A DNA stretch of 64,000 bases from Phycisphaerales bacterium (GCA_003141275.1 PLLM01000061.1:7131-71130), one strand, 5' to 3'. Counted from the stretch's first letter, positions 16,687-24,912 are shown. Program-made: numbers and translations. The notes: a model not told the origin generated them from the letters alone.

Positions 16687-17098
16687 GCCTGCTGCCGCAA
16701 TAAAGACGTAATGTAAGCGAAACTAAAAGAGTGTTTACCACAACAGGTAAGATGGAAATTTTGGTTAAAGGAGTGTTCGCCGTTCCCGTGTAATCCGTGT
16801 CGAATCAGTGGTTAAAATTCTTCGTGTTTCTTCGTGCCTTTGTGGTGAAAAGCAGTGTTAATCTGTGTCTAAAAAAAACGCTGTACTCTCTGCGGCTAAA
16901 AATAATCCGTGTTAATCCTTTTTAATTTATGTCAGCCAGTAAATACCTAAGGTATGCCCCTATGCCTTTGGCATCCCTTACGGGAAGGGGCAGCAGACGA
17001 GATAAAGGTCTTGCGCACAAACCACGTTTGGAGCACATACCTTATCGAGTATGCTCATCCGGCTGACTAAACCTGCGGAATCTGCGAAGCCCTGCGTA

Positions 17099-17183
17099 GC
17101 CCCCGCGTCTCGTTTTGTTGGGCCTTGCCCAACCCCCGTGTCCTGCTTTCACCAGAAAGCAACGGGGGCGAAAACGGCGGGGG
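17099..17183. repeat. GC-rich palindromic element, copy B
   Basis: Same 19-nt 5' end ('gcccccgcgtctcgttttg') and same 3' end 'aaaacggcggggg' as copy A. The larger interior holds two hairpins (ttggg/cccaa and cccccgt..acggggg with tgctttc/gaaagca inside). Confidence 0.6.
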
Positions 17184-17322
17184 CGCAATCAGCGTCTAAA
17201 ATAAATCAGTGCAATCCGTGTAATCTGTGGCTAATAAAAAAACAGCGTATAGCGGACAGAAAAGACACAAGACAGCGGGCAGCGTACGAAGAAAAAATTT
17301 ATTTATTTTGCCCGGATTTTGT

Positions 17323-17350
17323 TTGACAATCGCCGTCAAACTGATATAAT
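17323..17350 (+). promoter_or_regulatory. Near-consensus sigma70-type promoter upstream of PEP-CTERM gene 17678
   Basis: TTGACA (17323-17328), a 16-nt spacer, TATAAT (17345-17350). It would give a leader of about 320 nt before ATG 17678. Confidence 0.5.
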
Positions 17351-17677
17351 GCACGCTAAGTTCGGGAGAGCGGTAACAATAATAACAGCGAGAAGAGAGG
17401 AAAGGAGCATTCTACCATCAACAAGGCCTCTCCCGCTGCCTCTGTTTCTGCATTTCTTTTAACAACTCAAGCCCTGGGTGTAAGCTGTACAACAATCGAT
17501 TTGGCCCCCGGTGGATTCACCGGGTCAAGCGCTTATTGTATCAGCAGCACTCAACAGGTCGGCGGTGGTGAAGGTTCGTCTGCAATCGGCACTTATCATT
17601 TTCATGCCTTAGAAGCAGAAGATAATAACGCCCTATGCTGAACACACATTAACCGCTTTTTTTAAAGAGTAAAAAAA

Positions 17678-18256
17678 ATGAAAAAGTTAATTTTATTTGC
17701 CATAACGTATTTGATAGTATCGCCGGCTTTGGCTCTTCCGATGTTGCCGGATGGAGTGGACGCATATTGGGCCATCAACGATGATGAAGGCCAGACAGGC
17801 CAGGCGGACGCAAAAATTATTTTCGAGAATACCGGAACAGGTTACACTTTTGGATTGTTTGATAAGAACAACAATGCAAACAAACTCGAGATGTTTACCA
17901 GTTCAAGTATTACAGGCGACAAGGCCGTGGTAACCATCCTTGGCGATGCTCCAGGTGGTATATCTTTACAGTCGGGAAACACGATTCATTTTACGGGGTG
18001 GGAAACTGCAACTTTTGCCGGAAATAATTTCGGATTTTACCTGACTACACTACAAGACGTGACATTTTACAGCGACACACTTTTAAATTCCGGCCAGATT
18101 GACCGTATGACCGCCGGTATTGTGAGTCCAGGATGTGAGTATCAATTGAGCTGGGATGGTTTTACAGTTAATGTCGAATCCGTCGCGCCAACCCCTGAAC
18201 CCGCCACGTTATTCCTTCTCACCCTCGGCGGCCTCGCCTTGCGAAAAAAGCATTAA
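17678..18256 (+). CDS. PEP-CTERM sorting-domain protein (family A paralogue, canonical PEP tail)
   Basis: Signal peptide 'MKKLILFAITYLIVSPALA'. The C-terminus 'APTPEPATLFLLTLGGLALRKKH' is a P-E-P motif, a hydrophobic span and a basic cluster at the extreme C-terminus. Confidence 0.9.
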   Translation: MKKLILFAITYLIVSPALALPMLPDGVDAYWAINDDEGQTGQADAKIIFENTGTGYTFGLFDKNNNANKLEMFTSSSITGDKAVVTILGDAPGGISLQSGNTIHFTGWETATFAGNNFGFYLTTLQDVTFYSDTLLNSGQIDRMTAGIVSPGCEYQLSWDGFTVNVESVAPTPEPATLFLLTLGGLALRKKH

Positions 18257-18275
18257 ATCGAAAATCGGCAATCGC

Positions 18276-18308
18276 ACACGGAGCGAAGCGACGGGCCCGC
18301 TTCGGAAA
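18276..18308. repeat. 33-nt hairpin repeat, copy 2
   Basis: Identical to 10124..10156. It sits between the convergent PEP-CTERM gene and hemL, so it may act as a bidirectional terminator hairpin, although it has no T-tract. Confidence 0.85.
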
Positions 18309-18315
18309 TCGACAA

Positions 18316-19623
18316 TTAGTCAATTGCCTTGAAGGCGGCTTTGGCCGCTTCGATTGTCTTTTCGATGTCCTTTTTCGAATGAGCCAGCGAAACAAACATC
18401 GCCTCATAGGCGCTTGGGGCGATATATATGCCTTGGGCGAGCATCTCCGCGAAGAACTTCTTGAACTGATGGATATCGGTTGACTTGACGTCCTCGAAAT
18501 TCCTGACGGGCCTGTCGGTAAAAAAGCAGCTCAATATCGACCCGACGCGATTGATAACAACAGGGATACCCGCGATTTCGGCCGCATCCTTCAATCCCAC
18601 AGCCAGCATCCCGGCTTTCGCCTCAAGTTTGTCGTAGCAATCGCCCTTAGCCAGTATATCGAGCGTCGCGTTCGCGGCCGCGGTAGCAACTGGGTTTCCG
18701 CTAAGCGTCCCCGCCTGATAAACCGGCCCCGTCGGCGCGAGCATATCTAAAATAGCCGTCTGTCCGCCAACCGCCGCCAGGGGCAATCCGCCCCCTATGA
18801 TTTTACCGAGACAGGTAATGTCCGCCTTGACCCCGTAAAGCTCCTGTGCCCCTCCGCGTGCGACGCGAAAACCCGTGATTACTTCGTCAAAAATCAAAAC
18901 CGCCTCCTCCGCGTCGCACAAGTCGCGGAGCATTTGCAGATAACCATCAGCAGGCGGCACAACTCCCATATTCGCAGCCACCGGCTCAACCAGGACCGCC
19001 GCGATTTGCCCCCTGTGCATCAAAAAACAGTTCTTGACCGCCTCCATATCGTTATATGGTATGACTACGGTAAGGTTCGCTATGGCAGGGGGGATGCCCG
19101 TGCTGGATGGCGACGCGAGTTCAGCCGCACCGGACCCCGCCTCGACTAATAGCGAATCGCTGTGCCCGTGATAGCAGCCCGCCATTTTGATAATCAAATC
19201 TTTTCGCTTATAGCCCCTCGCGAGCCGAATCGCCGTCATCACCGCCTCGGTCCCGCTGCTGACCAAACGCAATTTTTCAATCGACCAGAAGGCGTCGCGT
19301 ATCTTTTGCGCTAATTCGGTCTCGGCCAGCGTGGGCGCGCCGTAACTGGTTCCTTTTCTCGCTGCTCTATTTATCGCCCTTACGACCGCAGGATGGGCGT
19401 GCCCCAGAATCATCGGTCCCCACGACCCGACGTAGTCAATATAGGCGTTTCCGTCGATATCGTAAATCTTCGCCCCTTTTGCCCTGTCGATAAACAATGG
19501 TTTGAGTCCTACGCCGCCGAATGCCCGGACAGGCGAGTTCACGCCTCCCGGCAGATACCTTCTCGCCTCCGAGAATGCCTCCGCCGACCTTGGATATTCC
19601 GGCTTGCCCTTTGTCTTTCTCAT
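18316..19623 (-). CDS. hemL: Glutamate-1-semialdehyde 2,1-aminomutase
   Basis: 'YLPGGVNSPVRAFGGVG', 'SGTEAVMTAIRLARGY', 'FDEVITGFRVA' and the PLP-lysine region 'DITCLGKIIGGGLPLAAVGG'. The start is taken at ATG 19623 ('MRKTKGKPEY..'), which gives the usual HemL length. Confidence 0.95.
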   Translation of the reverse strand: MRKTKGKPEYPRSAEAFSEARRYLPGGVNSPVRAFGGVGLKPLFIDRAKGAKIYDIDGNAYIDYVGSWGPMILGHAHPAVVRAINRAARKGTSYGAPTLAETELAQKIRDAFWSIEKLRLVSSGTEAVMTAIRLARGYKRKDLIIKMAGCYHGHSDSLLVEAGSGAAELASPSSTGIPPAIANLTVVIPYNDMEAVKNCFLMHRGQIAAVLVEPVAANMGVVPPADGYLQMLRDLCDAEEAVLIFDEVITGFRVARGGAQELYGVKADITCLGKIIGGGLPLAAVGGQTAILDMLAPTGPVYQAGTLSGNPVATAAANATLDILAKGDCYDKLEAKAGMLAVGLKDAAEIAGIPVVINRVGSILSCFFTDRPVRNFEDVKSTDIHQFKKFFAEMLAQGIYIAPSAYEAMFVSLAHSKKDIEKTIEAAKAAFKAID

Positions 19624-19931
19624 TCCTGAAATCCTAATCCGCCGACCGCATATCGTCAATCGTTAATCCCGTCTTTCTAACAGTCCTGTTGCCTTTTGTG
19701 TCTCTCTGCGCTGAAATTTTTATCCTCGGTCATCAGAGATAGTCAATTTTGCAGGCAAAGCCACCCCTGCAACTGCCCATAAATCGAACACTTTATTTCC
19801 CAAAAAACAGCATCAGAAAGATTTGACATAAAAGCCAACGATGGGTTATTATGATATGATTAACTCTGTTTCGTCAAATTAATCGCCGACGCCGGCATAA
19901 CAAAAACATTAAGCAAGAAAGGAGCTTACCA

Positions 19932-20723
19932 ATGAGATTTGCTCGTCTGATAACCAACTTAACGTATATAGCAACTTTACTGGTGATAGCCGCAGGGCTG
20001 ACGGGGTGTTTCTCGTCGCATCCCAAGGATATCGAGGCATTTTTGAAACCACACCAGGTCAATGTGGCTGAGGACAAGTATGTCCTTCAGCCCCCGGACG
20101 AAATCGAGATTCATTGCGCTAAAATTCCCGAACTGAACATGCAGAAGCAGCGAATACGTCCAGACGGCAAGGTAAGCTTTGAGAACCTCGGAGAGTTTAT
20201 GGCTGCGGGGAAGACACCAGTAGAGCTTGCCGAATCAATGCAAAAACAAATATCGGCAATGTACACGCTTGTAGGCGATAAGCCAATTGATGTGCGAATA
20301 ACGGCCTATCAGAGCAAGGTCTATTACATACTGGGGCAGGTTAACGCTCCAGGTCCAAAGGTATATTCAGGACGAGACACCGTATTAACCGCGATTGCTG
20401 CAGCCCAACCCAACCCGATGGCATGGCTCGATCGAATTCAGGTTATAAGACCGTCGGCGGACGCGAGCGTAAAGCCCAAAATTTTTGAAGTGGATTTCGA
20501 CCGGATGTCGGCACACGGAGACGCCACCAAAAACGTCGTTTTGCAGGAAGGCGACGTCATATACGTGCCGCCGACGGTTCTTGCTGCTATTGCTATGAAG
20601 ATAGAAGAATTCATCCGGCCAATCGCCAGGGCTTTCACGGGTGTTAATATCGTGGAGGGCGGCACCAGAAGCCCATATGTAGGCGGAAATGAATATGGAA
20701 ATGGCGGCAATAGCAGTTACTGA
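19932..20723 (+). CDS. Polysaccharide export protein (Wza/Poly_export + SLBB type outer-membrane lipoprotein)
   Basis: Lipobox 'AAGLTGC'. Poly_export-like 'YVLQPPDEIEIHC..IRPDGKVSFENLGEFMAAGKTPVELAESM', 'VYYILGQVNAPGPKVY' and SLBB-like 'VVLQEGDVIYVPPT'. Confidence 0.85.
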   Translation: MRFARLITNLTYIATLLVIAAGLTGCFSSHPKDIEAFLKPHQVNVAEDKYVLQPPDEIEIHCAKIPELNMQKQRIRPDGKVSFENLGEFMAAGKTPVELAESMQKQISAMYTLVGDKPIDVRITAYQSKVYYILGQVNAPGPKVYSGRDTVLTAIAAAQPNPMAWLDRIQVIRPSADASVKPKIFEVDFDRMSAHGDATKNVVLQEGDVIYVPPTVLAAIAMKIEEFIRPIARAFTGVNIVEGGTRSPYVGGNEYGNGGNSSY

Positions 20724-20782
20724 AAATAGAATCAGGAAAACCTGGCAAGAATTGAAAAGCAGGATGTTTTGGGTCTGACTCG

Positions 20783-21604
20783 ATGGGAACGAGAAAAGGC
20801 ATCAAAATAATACATTTAGCCAGCACAGTTTGGTTTATTCTGTGCACGGGCTATGTGTTCATTCTGGCGCTGTGGCAGGCAGGATTCAACTGGTTAGTCA
20901 TATTCTCCCTGTCCGGATATTGGGCATTGATTATTACCTTGCTGGTCAGTTTGTATCTGTTTGCCGTTTTCAGGGGCGCCAGCCCGGTTCTCAGTATGGA
21001 GAAAGAACATCCCCTGACCAGCACTGCATATTATATGGCATTTTATGTATCGACGCCTTTTCTCGGTGCTGTTGCCGGCCTGCTGAGCATGATAGGCGAT
21101 ACGGAAGTCAGCTCACCGTTAAGCAGGATAACTATGGGAACAATCATCGCGACTTTTTTGACGTGGGTCGCTGTTGACCCGATTACGGGCCTTCTGGAGT
21201 TGTTGGCACCACAGCCGAGAAGACATCGTGCCGAACGGCTGGCGCAGGCGCGGACACAAAAACAACTCGAGCAGGAAAATCGCAAAAAAATGCTGGCTCG
21301 TTTATCCGAGCAAGAACGCGAAAATGAACGGTTGTGGAAAGAAGCGTTTGCTACACAGGCCGAACGGCTTGCAAGGTTGCTGGCCTCAGACGAAAATAAT
21401 TTCTCAAAGACCGCCGAACAGGAAGCAATCAATATAGGCGTGGAGGCATGGACAAAAGGCGGGTTGATCTGTATGCAATATCTTCGCAATATGGCAGCGG
21501 AAATTTTCAAGCAGCAGTATGGCGAACGCCAGTTTGTTGACTACATTTCCGCATGGTGGGATGGCATAGGAAGGTGGCGAAATCCGTCACAGATATTGAG
21601 ATAA
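20783..21604 (+). CDS. Hypothetical membrane protein with a C-terminal coiled-coil-like region
   Basis: Five hydrophobic spans in the first ~150 aa, then the charged segment 'RRHRAERLAQARTQKQLEQENRKKMLARLSEQERENERLWKEAF'. Confidence 0.55.
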   Translation: MGTRKGIKIIHLASTVWFILCTGYVFILALWQAGFNWLVIFSLSGYWALIITLLVSLYLFAVFRGASPVLSMEKEHPLTSTAYYMAFYVSTPFLGAVAGLLSMIGDTEVSSPLSRITMGTIIATFLTWVAVDPITGLLELLAPQPRRHRAERLAQARTQKQLEQENRKKMLARLSEQERENERLWKEAFATQAERLARLLASDENNFSKTAEQEAINIGVEAWTKGGLICMQYLRNMAAEIFKQQYGERQFVDYISAWWDGIGRWRNPSQILR

Positions 21605-21741
21605 AAGGATGATAATCATTCGCAGGAGGCGAGACGTATAAGGATCGAGGGTGACCAAGCAGATTTGGGTAATAATACTGCTGTTGCCGGTAATCGTATC
21701 TCTGGCAGCGGCAAGAAAATATTCCTTAAAACCTGGATAAC

Positions 21742-21889
21742 AGTGGGTTAATCGACTGGGTGGACCTTGAATTATTCGCTCAATACTATCTGGCGAACAG
21801 GATGGATAATAGATTCATCAACAAGCCCCCGCATCGACGCAGGCGACCTCGATATTTTGGCAGAAAACGGACTCTGGGAAAAACAATAG
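21742..21889 (+). pseudogene. Frameshifted remnant of a dockerin-like C-terminus
   Basis: Two adjacent frames read 'GLIDWVDLELFAQYYLAN' and 'IDAGDLDILAENGLWEKQ*'. These resemble the repeated C-terminal modules of the GLUG protein 60630..62288 ('DQIINFLDFAAAAENYLKQ*'). No upstream body of a gene remains. Confidence 0.3.
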
Positions 21890-21925
21890 AAACCCTGAAT
21901 CTGCCTGCAGCGGATAAACGCACGC

Positions 21926-21960
21926 AAAAAAACGGGGCTGGGGTCATAATTCCCAGCCCC
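21926..21960 (-). terminator. Intrinsic terminator of the minus-strand PEP-CTERM genes
   Basis: Perfect 9-bp stem ggggctggg/cccagcccc (21934-21942 and 21952-21960) with a 9-nt loop. On the minus strand it is followed by g+T7 (A-run at 21926-21932). It lies about 60 nt after the stop of 22022..22729. Confidence 0.7.
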
Positions 21961-22021
21961 TTTGCTTTACATCACAATTCAGACCTACTGTTCCAAACTA
22001 AACAAGCAAGATGTCAAAACG

Positions 22022-22729
22022 TCACAACGTCCTGCGTCTTCGCAGCCAGCCAACAAGGGATACCCCTATTCCACCGAGCAGAATAGCACCCGGAGCGGGA
22101 ACCGTAACAGGAACGCAAACCAACTGGTCCTGGCGATAACCTCCCTGGTACCACAGGTTCATGACTTCTACGGAGTATTCCCCGTTATTGTCTAACTTAG
22201 CATTGGCCACGCTGCCGAACTTGCCTGTGAGCAAGTTTGTGTACGCCGTAGTAAGTGAACCGCCCTCTCCTTCAAGATACCAAATTGCATTCTGGAGAGC
22301 ACCGGCACTATTACTACGGCCAGTCCCTTGAGTATATTCATAACCCTGAAGCGTTCCGTTTTGAAACTCATGGTATAGCCAGGCCGTGCCTTTAGAAATG
22401 GGATCGCCTTGAGTCCCCGCCACACCACCCTGAAACGCTCTATCACTAAACGTCACATCGTACGTAGCACCTGGGGTGAAATACTCACCAGACTCCAAGC
22501 AGAATGTCTGGAAGGAAGGGTCGTAATTGCCAATGTTCTTGGTATTACCAGAGTAGCCTGCCAAAGGATCCCAACTCCAGTCAGAAAACTTTGCAGTGAA
22601 CTCGCCCCCCCCGTTGCTATAATAGGTATACCCCGTTTGATCGTATAGTATGACTGTAGGCGAAGCGAATGCCTGTACAGCCATCAAGGCGAAAACTGCT
22701 CCTATAAACATTAATTTTTTAACATTCAT
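22022..22729 (-). CDS. PEP-CTERM sorting-domain protein (VPAPGA variant tail)
   Basis: Signal peptide 'MNVKKLMFIGAVFALMAVQAFA'. C-terminus 'VPAPGAILLGGIGVSLVGWLRRRRTL'. Confidence 0.9.
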   Translation of the reverse strand: MNVKKLMFIGAVFALMAVQAFASPTVILYDQTGYTYYSNGGGEFTAKFSDWSWDPLAGYSGNTKNIGNYDPSFQTFCLESGEYFTPGATYDVTFSDRAFQGGVAGTQGDPISKGTAWLYHEFQNGTLQGYEYTQGTGRSNSAGALQNAIWYLEGEGGSLTTAYTNLLTGKFGSVANAKLDNNGEYSVEVMNLWYQGGYRQDQLVCVPVTVPAPGAILLGGIGVSLVGWLRRRRTL

Positions 22730-22806
22730 ACTGATATCTCCTAAAGTTGTCCCTAACTCAAAGTAAGCTTCTGTTTTCTGGGATTATCCCAGGTTATTCA
22801 AATCCA

Positions 22807-23412
22807 TTACAGTGTTCTTCTCCTTCGCAGCCAACCAACAATGCTCACGCCGATGCTGCCCAGCAGAATTGCACCGGGAGCCGGAACGATTGGGTGAACA
22901 GATTCGACATTAACAATAAAATCAGGAGCCGTGCTGGGGGGGTCCCAGACCAATTGATACTCAGACCCTACTAACAGAGTATCAGCGGTCAGATGGTCAA
23001 TCAGGCCAGGATTTAAAAGGGTGTCGCTGTAAAACGTCGCCCCATCTGGCGTCGTCAGGTAATATCCGAAAGCATTTGCGGCAAATGTAGCAGTGCCCAC
23101 AACAACTGGAATAGTAGTGTCTATTGACCGTAACTGAATACCGCCAACATTACCAGTGATGGATACTACGGCTTGCTCGCCTGCAACACTTGAACTAATA
23201 AACACTGGGAGTATGTTGTTTTTATTCGACTTATCAAACAACCCAAAAGTGTCACCTGTTCCAGCATTCACAAAAACAATTTGTGCATCAGCCTGGTGTG
23301 TCGCATCGTTGATGGCCCAATATGCGTCCGCCCCATCCGGTAACGTCGGCCCAGCAAGAACTGGTGTTACCATCAGACCGACTAAAACGCTTATCAAAAG
23401 TAACTTTTTCAT
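22807..23412 (-). CDS. PEP-CTERM sorting-domain protein (family A paralogue, VPAPGA tail)
   Basis: Shares 'PTLPDGADAYWAIND..TFGLFDK..FYSDTLLNPG.IDH..SEYQL.WD' with 17678 and 56986. C-terminus 'VPAPGAILLGSIGVSIVGWLRRRRTL'. Confidence 0.9.
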   Translation of the reverse strand: MKKLLLISVLVGLMVTPVLAGPTLPDGADAYWAINDATHQADAQIVFVNAGTGDTFGLFDKSNKNNILPVFISSSVAGEQAVVSITGNVGGIQLRSIDTTIPVVVGTATFAANAFGYYLTTPDGATFYSDTLLNPGLIDHLTADTLLVGSEYQLVWDPPSTAPDFIVNVESVHPIVPAPGAILLGSIGVSIVGWLRRRRTL

Positions 23413-23503
23413 TTTTTTCCCATCCTAAATTTTTGGAAAACACTAAGTTTTCTAACGTTATTCAAATCGTTTAAACCTTAAGAAGTGTTTCGCGATTACA
23501 CTC

Positions 23504-24232
23504 CTATATGGTTTTATAAAAAGGTCTCATTTGGGAAATAGGAGGGCCTCGCGGTTTCCTGCAGAAGATGAGTGCGGGTTGAAAACAATCACTTTGCCTG
23601 GTTCCGGAAACCAGACATAATGAACTCGAATCCGGACGCGACACCGAGTTCAGTATCGCGGAATAAGACCAATGGTAATCACTGCCAGCGGCAGTGCGAA
23701 ATGCTGTGTGAGTAAAATTGACGCGGGGAATGTCCTTTTGCGAAAAGGCAAATACGTCAGCGGTATTCCGCAGAGTCAGCCCTTTGGGATAACTACGAAA
23801 CAGGTTCCCCCTTCGCTGGCTATCATCGTCTCGAGATGAGGAGACAACTGCTTGTGTCCCCGTTTGGCCAGCCAGCGACAGTCCCGCAAATCCAGCCAGC
23901 CATATTCTCCTGTCCCGTATCAGGGAAATGCATATAAATCCCACAAGTGTCAATAGTCCGCTGGCGGGAGTGGCAGGCAGTACCATCGCGGAAACAGACG
24001 TCGTCTCGCTCGCAGAAACATCCATAGTCGCCGGGTAAAGTATGGCAAGTTGACTGATTTCAGGATTATCAGCCGATGAACGATAGTAAGCAGGCGAACA
24101 TTGCTCGTTGCCGACAGCAACCTCGATAGAGGAAGAATAGAACGACTCCTCATTCGACCATGTTGGTCGAGCATCCGCGGGCAAAGCCGCATAAAGAACA
24201 GCCAGCACAAGTATACTACAACGAACAACCAC
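23504..24232 (-). CDS. Hypothetical secreted/membrane protein with an internal PEP-CTERM-like segment
   Basis: Signal peptide 'MVVRCSILVLAVLYAALPADA'. In mid-protein, 'LPATPASGLLTLVGFICISLIRDRR' looks like a sorting signal but is followed by about 125 further Ser/Arg-rich residues. Coding status is uncertain. Confidence 0.45.
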   Translation of the reverse strand: MVVRCSILVLAVLYAALPADARPTWSNEESFYSSSIEVAVGNEQCSPAYYRSSADNPEISQLAILYPATMDVSASETTSVSAMVLPATPASGLLTLVGFICISLIRDRRIWLAGFAGLSLAGQTGTQAVVSSSRDDDSQRRGNLFRSYPKGLTLRNTADVFAFSQKDIPRVNFTHTAFRTAAGSDYHWSYSAILNSVSRPDSSSLCLVSGTRQSDCFQPALIFCRKPRGPPISQMRPFYKTI

Positions 24233-24537
24233 GTTTTTCCCTGCCTCCGTGCCGTTGCCTCCAGCATCAATACATTAGACAGCACAGTTTAGCAAAATTA
24301 AACTTTGAAGTTTTTTCTCGCTGCGCCTTTAACGTTTTCCAAGAGCTCAAGTCATGCATCTTGTGGACATAATGGCAGATATATAAAAAAAGTCAATAAG
24401 AATAATGCTTAATTTAGACATCACAAATGCTTATGTCGCAGTGGCAGTTACTGGCAGGGTGAATTGAGGTACCGAAGGGCGTTTAATCGGAGCTGTCCAG
24501 AATGGTGGTTCCTTAAGAGAGAAAAACCTTGTTTTTA

Positions 24538-24912
24538 GGGCAATAATAGGAATTCGATCCCCTTAAGGAACTGCCATTCGGAGCTGTCCAGGATGCTCAT
24601 AAAGGCGTCCTGGGGTATTTGCACGGAGCCGATGTTCTTCATTCGCTTGTGGCCTTACTTTTTAATCAGTTCGCATCGCCGGCTCTCGAACAATTGCATA
24701 ATCCCGCCGATTGTGTCGGTGGTGGTGATAATTTCAAGACGAACAAACGGTTCCCTCAACTCCTCTATAGTTGTTACGTCCGGCAGGTCGGCTGGCGAAT
24801 CTATTTTCAGTGTCCTGCCGTCGGTTGTAACGACTTCGTAGCTGACGGTCGGGGCGGTTTGAACGACGTCGATATCATTTTCTCGTTCGAGGCGTTCCTG
24901 GACGATTTCCAT
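24538..24912 (-). pseudogene. lepA: Remnant of elongation factor 4 (LepA) with an internal deletion
   Basis: 24655..24912 reads 'EIVQERLERENDIDVVQTAPTVSYEVV..REPFVRLEIITTTDTIGGIMQLFESRR', which is LepA domain II/III-like. After an in-frame stop the same frame continues 'GHKRMKNIGSVQIPQDAFMSIL', which is the extreme LepA C-terminus. The GTPase domain and about 300 internal residues are absent. Confidence 0.7.

Noticed and set aside
16957-17010. SRP (4.5S) RNA-like string 'gggaaggggcagcagacgag'
   Set aside because: It has only a loose resemblance to the GGAAGCAGCC helix-8 motif. There is no GNRA tetraloop closed by the expected pairs, and the conserved 5' strand is missing.
17051-17326. 91-aa ORF in the repeat region upstream of the PEP-CTERM promoter
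   Set aside because: It is composed of repeat-element sequence (the same 'APASRF' peptide as in the other copy). It has no RBS and ends inside the promoter.
10050-17677. CRISPR array among the many short repeats of the island
   Set aside because: The repeats are of several unrelated types, occur in both orientations, and have irregular spacing of hundreds to thousands of bp. There are no tandem repeat-spacer units and no cas genes.
21760-22086. 108-aa plus-strand ORF
   Set aside because: It crosses the minus-strand terminator hairpin and the 3' end of the PEP-CTERM gene. Only its first ~15 codons carry the dockerin-like remnant, which is reported separately.
24160-24372. Small plus-strand ORFs 24101..24292 and 24160..24372 upstream of the minus-strand hypothetical gene
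   Set aside because: They overlap the 5' end of 23504..24232 in antisense or lie in its promoter region. They have no RBS and no recognisable features.
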